A stretch of DNA of 64,000 nt from Candidatus Cloacimonadales bacterium (lineage in GTDB: Bacteria; Cloacimonadota; Cloacimonadia; Cloacimonadales; JAFGVF01). Positions within the stretch are counted from its first letter, which is position 1, and each line of letters begins with the position of its first letter. Positions 49,155 through 58,419 of the stretch are shown in pieces. Under the pieces are notes generated by a model. That model was given only the letters and a program-made list of their open reading frames with translations. It was not told the origin of the DNA and did no database searches. A program made the translations under genes and the position numbers. The stretch spans positions 1,760,001 to 1,824,000 of the forward strand of contig OY762964.1 of the NCBI GenBank assembly GCA_963667035.1, written 5' to 3'.

Positions 49155-49991
49155 CTATTTTTGTAAACCTTCCAGAAGCTTTTCCAATTCTTCTTTGCTA
49201 CTATAATGGAACACGACCTTACCTTTACCGGCTTTCTCAACTACTTGAATTTTTAATCCATAAATCTGTTTAAGGCTTTTTTCAAACTCTTTATGTCTCA
49301 CTCTCTGTGATTTCTCTTTTGTAGAGTCTGTATTCTTCACATTCTGTGTTAACTCTTCCGCTTGTCTTACAGATAAATGATTGTCGATAATTCTTTGAGC
49401 AAAATCAAGTTGTTTGTCTTCAGGTAGTGATAGAATCGCTTTAGCATGACCCGTTGATAAGTCTCCGTTTATAACGTGCTCTTGAATTTTCATAGGGAGT
49501 TTTAAAAGTCGGAGCAGATTTGTTACTAACGACCTGCTTTTACCCATTGATGTAGCTAATTGTTCATGAGTATAATTGAAATCGTCAATCATCATTTGAT
49601 AAGCTTGAGCTTCTTCAATCGGGTTTAACTGTTCTCTTTGGATATTCTCAATGATTGCATACTGAAGTTGTTCTCGTCTTGAGACACTACGAATTATAAC
49701 AGGAACTCTCTCCAATCCTGCCAACTTTGCTGCTTCAAGTCTCCTCTCACCGGCTATAAGCTCATATTCGGAATCTTCTTTTTTAGTTACAATAATTGGT
49801 TGAATGATTCCATTCTCTTTGATTGATTCAGCCAGATTTGCTAGTTTATCTTCATCAAACACTTTTCTGGGTTGATAGCGATTAGGTTTTACTATTTCAA
49901 TTCTCAAAGTAGTAATTCCGGCAGTTTCATTAGTAGACTCCGGAATGTTTTGTAGTAATACGTCTAAACCTTTTCCTAGTTTTTGTTTCAT
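49155..49991 (-). CDS. parB: Chromosome partitioning protein ParB/Spo0J
   Basis: LGKGL, PNRYQPR, LIAGERR, ENIQRE.LNPIEEA, HTH. Confidence 0.96.
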   Translation of the reverse strand: MKQKLGKGLDVLLQNIPESTNETAGITTLRIEIVKPNRYQPRKVFDEDKLANLAESIKENGIIQPIIVTKKEDSEYELIAGERRLEAAKLAGLERVPVIIRSVSRREQLQYAIIENIQREQLNPIEEAQAYQMMIDDFNYTHEQLATSMGKSRSLVTNLLRLLKLPMKIQEHVINGDLSTGHAKAILSLPEDKQLDFAQRIIDNHLSVRQAEELTQNVKNTDSTKEKSQRVRHKEFEKSLKQIYGLKIQVVEKAGKGKVVFHYSSKEELEKLLEGLQK

Positions 49992-50746
49992 CGTTCTATT
50001 AGTTCCATTGCAAATTTGAGATAGTTTGTAGCTCCTGTTGACTTAATATCATAATGAAATATTGGTTTTCCAAATCCGGGAGCCTCACTTAATTTGACAT
50101 TTCTTATAATAATTGTTTCAAACACTTTCTCTTTAAAATATCTTCTTACTTCTTTGGCTACTTGCTTTGATAAATTCAACCTACTGTCGTACATGGTTAA
50201 CAAGACACCGAAGAGTTTGAGGTTTGGGTTTAAGCTCTGTTGAATAATGCGAATGCTGTTCATTAACTGACTTACACCTTCTAAAGCATAGTATTCACAC
50301 TGTATTGGAATCAGTACGTCAGTACATGCAGTTAGAGCATTAACTGTGAGTAGATTCAATGAAGGAGGACAATCTATGATTATATAATCAAATCTGTTTC
50401 TAACAGGGTCAAGTACTTCTCTTAACTTCTTTTCTCTAGTGAAATCCTTAACTAATTCTATCTCTGCTCCTGCTAGATTCACATTGGAAGGTGCTATCTT
50501 CAAATATTCTATATCAGTATCCTGAATAACGTTCTCAATCGGCTCATAGTTAATAATGCTATGATATATGTGCTGAGTAAGGTTGTCTTTATCTATACCG
50601 TATGCACTACTGGAGTTGCCTTGTGGATCAAAATCAACAAGAAGTGTCTTCTTCTCCAGTATTCCTAATGCTGCAGCTAAATTAACGGCAGTAGTAGTTT
50701 TGCCTACTCCACCTTTTTGATTAGCAATTGCGATGATTTTTCCCAT
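49988..50746 (-). CDS. parA: Chromosome partitioning ATPase ParA/Soj
   Basis: NQKGGVGKTTT, DPQGN, DCPPSL, QCEYYALEG. Confidence 0.97.
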   Translation of the reverse strand: MGKIIAIANQKGGVGKTTTAVNLAAALGILEKKTLLVDFDPQGNSSSAYGIDKDNLTQHIYHSIINYEPIENVIQDTDIEYLKIAPSNVNLAGAEIELVKDFTREKKLREVLDPVRNRFDYIIIDCPPSLNLLTVNALTACTDVLIPIQCEYYALEGVSQLMNSIRIIQQSLNPNLKLFGVLLTMYDSRLNLSKQVAKEVRRYFKEKVFETIIIRNVKLSEAPGFGKPIFHYDIKSTGATNYLKFAMELIER

Positions 50747-50749
50747 TAA

Positions 50750-51370
50750 TTATTCTTTTCCAATTACAATTAATTTACGTGTTCCAAGCACAGGATGACT
50801 TACATCTATTTCCTTCCTGTTCTTGAACTGTTCCACATCATCTAGGTTTTTACTTTTGTAAAGCACTATTTTACCTTTTGGTTTTAACAATTTGAGTAAT
50901 AATGGTTTTAACTCGGGAGTGATTCGAACGCTTCTGCAAACTATGAAATCATAGCTACTTTGACGGTACTTACAATAGTCTTCCAGACGAGACCATATAC
51001 CTGTAGCTTTATCAAGTTCAAGCTCTTCAATCATCTCTTCAATTGCTTGTATCTTTTTTCTTCTGGCATCAAGCATACTCAAATTAATCGCCGGATAAGT
51101 AATTCTAAGCGGTATCCCCGGGAGACCTCCCCCAGTACCAAAATCAAGTACTTTACCTTTCAAATCAATCTTAGTTTGAAGTAACAACAAACTATCCAAA
51201 AAATGAAGTGTCCAGATATCATCCGTATCCATTTTCCTTGAGTAAATGTTTATCACACTATTTACTTCAATAAGTAATTCATAATAGTGTTCCAACTGAG
51301 GAATAACAATCTCAGATGTATCGGGAAGCCATTTCTTTACATATTCTAAGCATATATCTTTTTGTTTCAT
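50750..51370 (-). CDS. rsmG: 16S rRNA m7G527 methyltransferase
   Basis: HFLDSL, LDFGTGGGLPGIPL; located upstream of parAB. Confidence 0.93.
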   Translation of the reverse strand: MKQKDICLEYVKKWLPDTSEIVIPQLEHYYELLIEVNSVINIYSRKMDTDDIWTLHFLDSLLLLQTKIDLKGKVLDFGTGGGLPGIPLRITYPAINLSMLDARRKKIQAIEEMIEELELDKATGIWSRLEDYCKYRQSSYDFIVCRSVRITPELKPLLLKLLKPKGKIVLYKSKNLDDVEQFKNRKEIDVSHPVLGTRKLIVIGKE

Positions 51371-51744
51371 GCAGTAAACAAGAAAGATGTGAGAAATTTG
51401 TAAAGAAAATCCTCTATAAATATACAAGCGGTCTATCCAAAACTGTTATTGTAGTCTTTTGTTTATAACCAATGGTATGGTTTTGAGTACAATTATTGTA
51501 AAACATAGTCAACATGATGGGAGTTATTGTTCTATTTAACGATTTATTTCGTGAAATATTTAGGTAATTAAAGGATTAATATACAAGGAACACTATTCAA
51601 GAAAATAATCCCAACAAAATGAAATGAGACTATGTACTTTTTTTTATTGACCTACAGAGCCATATAGGAGAAATTACTTCAATTAATCACGATATTATGC
51701 GAATTATAAGTAAATATATATATAAAAAATACTTAGGAGGAAAA

Positions 51745-52239
51745 ATGTCGGTTGATCTCAGAAACTATGACAGTCCTGAATACCAGGAGCTGAGGCAGAT
51801 TATCGAAGAGAAGAAAAAGCTGAGAGACCCATTGATTGAGGTACTTCACAAAGCACAAGGAATCTTTGGTTTCTTACCACCTGAGGTTCAGGAGTTTGTT
51901 TCGGAACATTTAGGTGTTCCTGTGAACAAGGTTTATGGAGTTGTAACATTCTACAACTTCTTCTCAATGAAACCCAGAGGCAAATTTGTTATTAACGTAT
52001 GTACAGGAACAGCCTGCTTTGTTAAAGGTGCTCCTCAATTACTTCAAAATTTCGAAGAATTACTCGGAATCAAAAAAGGTGAAACAACACCGGACGGATT
52101 GTTTACTTTAAACGAAGTCAGATGTGTTGGTGCTTGCTCATTAGCTCCTGTTTTTGTTGTCGGAGAAGAGACTTTTGGTCGTGTTGAGACAAAAGACCAA
52201 TTGAAGAAGATTGTTGATCAATTAAAAGCTAATGCTTAA
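51745..52239 (+). CDS. hndA: NuoE-like [2Fe-2S] subunit (HndA/HydC type)
   Basis: VVTFYNFF, CTGTAC, RCVGACSLAP; ATG 51745 after AGGAGG. Confidence 0.88.
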   Translation: MSVDLRNYDSPEYQELRQIIEEKKKLRDPLIEVLHKAQGIFGFLPPEVQEFVSEHLGVPVNKVYGVVTFYNFFSMKPRGKFVINVCTGTACFVKGAPQLLQNFEELLGIKKGETTPDGLFTLNEVRCVGACSLAPVFVVGEETFGRVETKDQLKKIVDQLKANA

Positions 52240-52257
52240 AAGGTAAATCGTAAAGTA

Positions 52258-52827
52258 ATGCAGGATATTTCATTACATCTTTTGGACATAATTGAGAACT
52301 CAGCAAGAGCCGAATCTAAGAATATTCGTTTATCAGTCCTTATTGATGAAAGGAAAAACCTGATGAGATTTACCGTTAAGGATGATGGAATCGGAATGGA
52401 TGAAGAGACATTGAGAAGTGCTCAGAATCCGTTTTATACTTCCAAAGCGGAAAGAGTTAAGAAAGTGGGATTAGGCATTCCACTGTTTGCTCAGAATGCC
52501 GAGTTGTGTGGTGGAAGATTCCAACTGGAAAGTGATTTGGGAAGTGGAACAGAGTTGGTTGCAGAGTTTCAATATAATCATATTGATAGGATGCCACTAG
52601 GCAATCTGCAAGATACTTTGATAAGTGGTATTATAGGTCATCAGGATGTAGATTTCTGGTTAAACTTAGACCACTTAAAAGAAGATAAACATCTAGAGTT
52701 CTTTTTTAATACGGCTGAAGTTAAAGCCGAATTAGGTGATATTCCGCTAACATATCCTGATGTCATCCAGTTTATTGAGGAAAATATTAAAGAAGGAATA
52801 AAAAAAACAGAGATGGAGGAAAACTAA
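52258..52827 (+). CDS. HATPase_c (histidine-kinase-like) protein of Hnd/Hyd clusters
   Basis: LDIIENS, DDGIGM, PFYTSK, GLGIPL. Confidence 0.85.
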   Translation: MQDISLHLLDIIENSARAESKNIRLSVLIDERKNLMRFTVKDDGIGMDEETLRSAQNPFYTSKAERVKKVGLGIPLFAQNAELCGGRFQLESDLGSGTELVAEFQYNHIDRMPLGNLQDTLISGIIGHQDVDFWLNLDHLKEDKHLEFFFNTAEVKAELGDIPLTYPDVIQFIEENIKEGIKKTEMEEN

Positions 52828-52828
52828 G

Positions 52829-53194
52829 ATGAAGACCTTAGCCGAACTCAGAAAGATTCGTGAGCAAGCTCAAGCTGACATGAAGCTCAGAGCTTCTGGT
52901 AGCCGTGTAAAGGTTATTGTCGGAATGGGAACTTCAGGTATCGCTATGGGTGCCCGTGAAGTTATGAAAGCATTCTTAGACGAAATAGCTAAACGTGGTC
53001 TTAAAGACGTATTAGTGACTCAAACAGGAGAGAAGGGACTTTCTTCTGTTGAGCCGGTTGTTGATATCGTGATTGAGGGACAAGATTCCGTAACTTATGG
53101 AAACATGGATCCTGAAAAAGCCCGTAAAGTTGTAGTTGAACACATTGTCAACGGCCGTATTGTTGCCGATTTTGTTGTTTCAACAAATAACTAG
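52829..53194 (+). CDS. hndB: HndB/HydD-like thioredoxin-fold ferredoxin, cysteine-free variant
   Basis: VGMGT-S-GIA.GAR and VTQTG-E-.G.-S-..EP pattern; position between the HATPase and NuoF-like genes. Confidence 0.8.
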   Translation: MKTLAELRKIREQAQADMKLRASGSRVKVIVGMGTSGIAMGAREVMKAFLDEIAKRGLKDVLVTQTGEKGLSSVEPVVDIVIEGQDSVTYGNMDPEKARKVVVEHIVNGRIVADFVVSTNN

Positions 53195-53202
53195 GGGGAA
53201 TA

Positions 53203-55059
53203 ATGTCTTTAAGAAGAATAGACTTACTTATTTGTTGTGGTTCCGGCTGTGTATCTGCCGGTTCTCTCAAGATTAAAGAAAAATTCCAAGAGCTCTTAAA
53301 AGAGCATGATTTGGTTTCTGAAATTAACATTATCGAAACAGGTTGTATGGGTCCATGTGACTACGGTCCTGTTATGATGATTTATCCTGAAGGCGTATTC
53401 TACAAGAAAGTTACTGTTGAAGATGTTCAAGAGATTGTTGAAGAGCATTTCCTTAAAGGACGTCCCGTTAAACGTCTCATGATTCAGGACAAAGAAGATA
53501 AAGTTATTGTGGATAAGAAAGAGATTCCTTTCTACCAAAAACAAATTAAGGTTGCTCTTGAACATTGCGGGTATCTTAATCCTGAAAGCATTGAAGAGTA
53601 CATTGCTGAAGGTGGATATGAAGCTTTAGGTAAAGTCCTTACAGAAATGACTCCTGAATCATTAATCGAAGAAATGAAAAAATCAGGTCTTAGAGGTCGT
53701 GGTGGTGCAGGATTCCCAACTTGGATGAAGTGGAATTTCGGTCGCATGAACCATGCTGATGAGAAGTATGTTGTTTGTAATGCTGACGAAGGAGATCCGG
53801 GTGCATTTATGGATCGTTCACTCCTGGAAGGCGATCCACATAGAGTACTTGAAGGTATGATGATAGCTGCCTATGCAATGGGTGCTACAATGGGATATTT
53901 CTATATTCGTGCAGAATATCCTCTTGCTATCAAACGTATCAAATTAGCCATCAAAAAAGCTAAAGAAATGGGACTTATGGGTGAAGATATCTTCGGCTCA
54001 GGTTTCAGTTTTGATGCAGAAGTTCGTTCAGGTGCAGGTGCATTTGTTTGCGGAGAAGAGACTGCTCTTATTCATTCTATTGAAGGTAAGAGAGGTCAAC
54101 CAACTCCTAAGCCTCCATTCCCTGCAGAAAGAGGTTTATGGGATAGACCTACTATCGTTAATAATGTTGAAACACTCGGTAATATCACTACTATCATCCT
54201 TAAAGGTGCAGAATGGTTTGCAGCTATGGGTACTGATAAGTCTAGAGGTACAAAGGTTTTCGCACTTACCGGAGATGTTAAAAATACAGGTTTGGTTGAA
54301 GTTCCAATGGGAATCACGATTGGTGAGCTTATCTTTGGCGTTGGTGGTGGTATCACTAATGGTAAGAAGTTCAAAGCCGTACAACTCGGTGGACCTTCAG
54401 GCGGTTGCTTAACTCAGGATCATGTAGATGTACCTATCACTTATGAATCTCTTAAAGAAAAGGGTGCCATGATGGGTTCCGGTGGTGTTATCGTAATGAA
54501 CGAAGATAACTGTATGGTCAATGTTGCTAAGTACTTCCTTGACTTCTCAGTTGATGAATCTTGCGGTAAATGTTCACCATGTCGTCTTGGTCTTAAGAAA
54601 ATGTATGAAATTATGGAAAGAATCACTTCCGGTGAAGGTCGTGATGGTGATATCGAAGAACTTGAAAAACTGGGTGAAATGATTAAACAAACATCACTTT
54701 GTGGTCTTGGACAGTCAGCTCCTAATCCTGTTCTCAGTACAATTCGCTACTTCCGTAATGAATATGAAAATCATATCAAGCACAAAACATGTCATGCGAA
54801 GGTTTGTAAACCTCTCATGCATTTTGAAATTGATAAAGATAAATGTATCGGATGCTCACTTTGCTCTCGTAAATGCCCAACTTCATGTATTCCGGGTAGC
54901 AGAGAAGAAAAATACACAATCACACAGATTGATTGCGTAAAATGCGGAAACTGTTTAGATGTTTGCCCTGTAGGTGCAGTATCTAAAGTTGCAGGTATCC
55001 ACCCCGATGTAACTGCTTATAAAGCAAAACAAGCTAGTCTTGTTGACGATTACGAATAG
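53203..55059 (+). CDS. hndC: NuoF-like NAD(P)H/FMN-binding subunit (HndC/HydB type)
   Basis: GLRGRGGAGFPT, CNADEGDPGAFMDR, GAGAFVCGEETAL, SCGKCSPCR, two C-terminal CxxCxxCxxxC motifs. Confidence 0.92.
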   Translation: MSLRRIDLLICCGSGCVSAGSLKIKEKFQELLKEHDLVSEINIIETGCMGPCDYGPVMMIYPEGVFYKKVTVEDVQEIVEEHFLKGRPVKRLMIQDKEDKVIVDKKEIPFYQKQIKVALEHCGYLNPESIEEYIAEGGYEALGKVLTEMTPESLIEEMKKSGLRGRGGAGFPTWMKWNFGRMNHADEKYVVCNADEGDPGAFMDRSLLEGDPHRVLEGMMIAAYAMGATMGYFYIRAEYPLAIKRIKLAIKKAKEMGLMGEDIFGSGFSFDAEVRSGAGAFVCGEETALIHSIEGKRGQPTPKPPFPAERGLWDRPTIVNNVETLGNITTIILKGAEWFAAMGTDKSRGTKVFALTGDVKNTGLVEVPMGITIGELIFGVGGGITNGKKFKAVQLGGPSGGCLTQDHVDVPITYESLKEKGAMMGSGGVIVMNEDNCMVNVAKYFLDFSVDESCGKCSPCRLGLKKMYEIMERITSGEGRDGDIEELEKLGEMIKQTSLCGLGQSAPNPVLSTIRYFRNEYENHIKHKTCHAKVCKPLMHFEIDKDKCIGCSLCSRKCPTSCIPGSREEKYTITQIDCVKCGNCLDVCPVGAVSKVAGIHPDVTAYKAKQASLVDDYE

Positions 55060-55080
55060 TTAAGTTACTATTTATAGATA

Positions 55081-55112
55081 AAAAGGCGATGAATTGTTTC
55101 ATCGCCTTTTTT
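55081..55112 (+). terminator. Intrinsic terminator closing the hnd-like operon
   Basis: AAAAGGCGATGAA-TTGT-TTCATCGCCTTTTTT. Confidence 0.88.
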
Positions 55113-55463
55113 GATTAACTGCATTTTTATCAAGTATATAACCCATAAAGACACCTGTCTTTATTGATGATATTATATCATGTAGTTTACGTAGTATTTT
55201 TCTTGGTAAAACTTTGATCTCCCTAGGGTGGATACTTTTAATGGTCACTCGCCATGTTAAATGAGCATGTCATGAGCTTTCTACGCTCCTTCTAGGCGAC
55301 TATTAAAAACATTGGAAACAGATTGGATCCACCAAGGAGCCTCCTTGGACCCTCCTTGGCGAAGGCCAAAGTTGTCCACATCGTGTGGATAACTTTCACC
55401 ATAGAATTTCTTAGGTATTTAATAGTGGTGCAGAAGGGGCGTAGAACGATGATAATAGTGGGT
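55113..55463. repeat. Bipartite dispersed repeat, copy 2
   Basis: Homologous to 25575-25967; long imperfect inverted repeats and internal hairpins. Confidence 0.88.
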
Positions 55464-55554
55464 CAAAATGAATTCGACTGATAAGTTTATAGCATTTTTT
55501 AGATATCTAAGCAGAAGATTGTACGTAGTGTTATAAGCTCTTTGAACTCTTTGA

Positions 55555-55834
55555 ATGTGAGGGCACTTGCACTATAATTGGTACGCCGACATCCTGCCGG
55601 CATTCCCTAGCATTCAAAGAAGATACTTGCACCGCAATGTACTGCAACTCCCCTGAGTTGCTGTGACGACGAAGTCGACAAGTTCCACAGACTGAAATCA
55701 GATAGTCAAACCTTACTCGCAAATTTACGCAATTATAGCTTTTCAAGCTATGTGCAAGTGAGGACACTTGCCCCACAATTGGTGCACCGGCATCCCTTAA
55801 TGCGAGCTGGAAGCTCGCGTACCCGGTTTTATGG
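55555..55834. repeat. Cluster of REP-like hairpin modules (inverted relative to copies A and B)
   Basis: Reverse complement CCGGGTACGCGAGCTTCCAGCTCGCATTAAGGGATGCCGG...CACTTGCACATAGC, plus GTAC-TGCAACTC/GAGTTGC and GTAC-GCCGAC/GCCGGC modules. Confidence 0.82.
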
Positions 55835-55914
55835 CAAAGCATGCAAAAAGTATCAATTGACAAGTTTTAAACACTCTTTCATAAAATAAGTAGTAAAAAA
55901 ATAAAGGATGTTTT

Positions 55915-56379
55915 ATGAGAGTTTTTATAACTATCTTAATCTTAGGAATTCTATCATCAACTGCTCTTTCAGCAAAAGGAAAGCAAACAATCGAGATATT
56001 CCATAAGAATATGCCACCATCAATTACTACTCTAAGCAAAGTGCTTCCTATGGTGAATCAATACAACAAAGACTATCGCATAATACTGCATGAGATTAAC
56101 AATCCTGCTTTAGGGGAGATTATCAAAGCTTATGGTTTACCTTCTACTCACTTCCCTTTCGCAGTTGTTGTAAATGGCAAGTATACAGCTAAGATAGACG
56201 GCAAAGAGGTTGGATTTGTGCATTTCCCTAAATTTATGCACGGAATAGGTCGTCATGAAGGTAATTGGTCTATTGAAATGCTGGAAAAAGTGCTTCAGGA
56301 TAATATGCTCCTAGCTGATGAAAATAGATTACCTGTGATTGATGAACACGATGAAGAGGATGAAGAGTGTCAGGATTAA
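55915..56379 (+). CDS. Secreted hypothetical protein (possible thioredoxin-like fold, acidic tail)
   Basis: Signal peptide; FPFAVVVNGK; AAGGA RBS. Confidence 0.6.
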   Translation: MRVFITILILGILSSTALSAKGKQTIEIFHKNMPPSITTLSKVLPMVNQYNKDYRIILHEINNPALGEIIKAYGLPSTHFPFAVVVNGKYTAKIDGKEVGFVHFPKFMHGIGRHEGNWSIEMLEKVLQDNMLLADENRLPVIDEHDEEDEECQD

Positions 56380-56398
56380 GAAATCAGGAGAAGAGATT

Positions 56399-57139
56399 AT
56401 GAAAGCATTGATAATTTCAATCAAACTCTTAGTTACCGGTTTCATTGCGTTCGTTGTTGCGATTGCGATTACGATATTGAGAGAAATGAAAAGAATGAGT
56501 AAACTTGTTAGTGAAACATCAGAGCCAATAGAAGGAGTTTACATTTTAAAAGATAGATTCGTAAACTCATTTCTTATAAAATCATCTGATGGTTATATCG
56601 CAATTGATTCCTGTGAGAATAAGCAAAATCTTATCAAACAAATGGAGAAACTAAGTATTGAACCTGACGATGTTAAACATCTCTTTCTTACCCATTCAGA
56701 CCAAGATCATACCGGCGGGCTGAATGCTTTTCCCAATGCAAACATCTATTTATCACAGAAAGAGCATTTCTTTATTAAAAGCGGAATTAAGAGAACATTC
56801 GGTTTTATAAAAATAGGAAGAATTAATAAACTGGAGCATGAGTACACCACCTTCTCTAACGAACAAGTGTTTGAAATAGGCGGAACAAGAATAGAATGCA
56901 TTATAACATCGGGTCACACCCCCGGAAGTGCATCATTCATTATAGATGACAAATACCTGTTCTCAGGCGACACTTTAGCAATCAACGGTGACACACTGAC
57001 TGAGTTCTCTCGCTTCATATCTATGGATACAAAAGCAAATAAGATGTCTGTGAAAAACCTCAAAGAGATTATTAAAGCACGCAATATTGGATATGTGTTT
57101 ACGGCTCATCATGGGTATTTGAAATCAGAGATTGATTAG
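56399..57139 (+). CDS. Membrane-anchored MBL-fold metallo-hydrolase
   Basis: LTHSDQDHTGG, GHTPGS, LFSGD, TAHHG. Confidence 0.85.
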   Translation: MKALIISIKLLVTGFIAFVVAIAITILREMKRMSKLVSETSEPIEGVYILKDRFVNSFLIKSSDGYIAIDSCENKQNLIKQMEKLSIEPDDVKHLFLTHSDQDHTGGLNAFPNANIYLSQKEHFFIKSGIKRTFGFIKIGRINKLEHEYTTFSNEQVFEIGGTRIECIITSGHTPGSASFIIDDKYLFSGDTLAINGDTLTEFSRFISMDTKANKMSVKNLKEIIKARNIGYVFTAHHGYLKSEID

Positions 57140-57150
57140 TATCTCGATTA

Positions 57151-57194
57151 CCCTGAAAGGATTACATATTAGTAGCCCCGAATACAATTCGGGG
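57151..57194 (+). repeat. REP-like module (CCCTGAAAGG...TAG plus hairpin)
   Basis: CCCTGAAAGGATTACATATTAGTAG-CCCCGAAT-ACA-ATTCGGGG; same architecture as the modules at 20114, 22192 and 24938. Confidence 0.65.
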
Positions 57195-58009
57195 TAATTG
57201 GGCACACACGAATCGACAATTCAAACTTGAGTACCCGGTGTTTTTATGGAGTTTGTCGGAGTGAAGTTTAAGAAACGATAACGGACTTCATCAAAAAACA
57301 ATAAACAATGTTCTAGACTCGACAAAGTGATAACGGTCTCAATAAGAAAGACCAGAATTAAGAAAGTAAGCTCTCACTTCACTTCCATGAAGCTCCGGCA
57401 AACTCCCTTAAGTCATGGCAAAATCCTTAATCAAAAAAAAACAGGTAACTACTGGAGGACTACTGAAGGGAATCACAGATTTGATATTGATTTGGTAGAA
57501 AAAAACATTACTGAGTACTGAATAATTGAAAGTAAGAAATACTGTTGAGAGTAATGTGAGATTAGAATCAAAATATGCTTTAATTCGCTTTTATCCCGAT
57601 TCTCTCAAAAGCAATAAAGATATAATTCATTAATCTATGTTATATCTAATCTAAAACCACCCTATATGTTCACATAGGCTTCATGTAAGAGTCCTATAGG
57701 ATAGTTTTAAGTTTTATGGGCTTGTTGCTCATGGGAGTGACGGGAGAATGGAGACTTAAATGAGTATAAGCATAATGATGTTGTACTTTATCCATAGTAG
57801 TTTGGTCAATCACTTCAGTTTTCTATTTAAATCCATAATCCGATTAGAATTTTATCTATCTTTTTAATTTTTAGTAATTAAATTTATGCTTGACATAAGT
57901 ACTATCACAACTAACTTTTGGTTTTAATGCATACCTTAAAGATATATACTCTTACAGTTTCAAAGAAAGAAGTTTAGAATATTGCACTAATAGTTTAAGG
58001 ATATTTTCT

Positions 58010-58411
58010 ATGTTAGTATTATTAGCTAATACCTATTTCAAGTTTTTAGTAATTCCTTTTGTAACCACGTTTCTCGTGATATTTGTAAGAAGTGCAAGTA
58101 GAAGCGATAATCAAAGATTTTTTATGAAAGAAGATTTTGCTTTTGGTCTAGAGATGAGTGTAACTGCAATACTTTTATTACTGTCTAATTGTGTCAACAT
58201 TGCATGTAAAGGAGTTTCAGATCCAGACTTGATATCATCAGCAACGGAAAGGCTACTATCTTTATCAATAACTGCTTCAATTCTAATATTCGGTCTTTGG
58301 GCAATGTCTACTATAGTTAGAAGAATAGGATGGGAAAAGGAAATATCTATGAATTGTAGTATGTTTAACTCATCATTACAGAATCAAAAAAATCATTTCA
58401 GAGAAATATAA
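58010..58411 (+). CDS. Small multi-TM membrane protein
   Basis: About three hydrophobic segments; TTGACA upstream; ends 8 bp before the nuclease gene. Confidence 0.6.
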   Translation: MLVLLANTYFKFLVIPFVTTFLVIFVRSASRSDNQRFFMKEDFAFGLEMSVTAILLLLSNCVNIACKGVSDPDLISSATERLLSLSITASILIFGLWAMSTIVRRIGWEKEISMNCSMFNSSLQNQKNHFREI

Positions 58412-58419
58412 TCATTTTT

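Noticed and set aside
51545..51570. Rex operator upstream of hndA (TCGTGAAATATTT...)
   Set aside because: Only one half-site resembles TTGTGAA-N4-TTCACAA; not supportable.
49030..51700. parS site or origin near parAB
   Set aside because: No TGTTTCACGTGAAACA-like palindrome or DnaA-box cluster found by eye.
53148..54940. Multiple antisense or alternate-frame ORFs within hndC, and similar shadow ORFs across the window
   Set aside because: They lie within well-supported genes and show no recognisable motifs; codon-bias artefacts.
57420..57800. Possible pseudogene fragments (GNYWRT...FDIDLV ATPase-associated tail; GVTGEWRL HigB-like)
   Set aside because: Too short and degenerate to support without a profile search.
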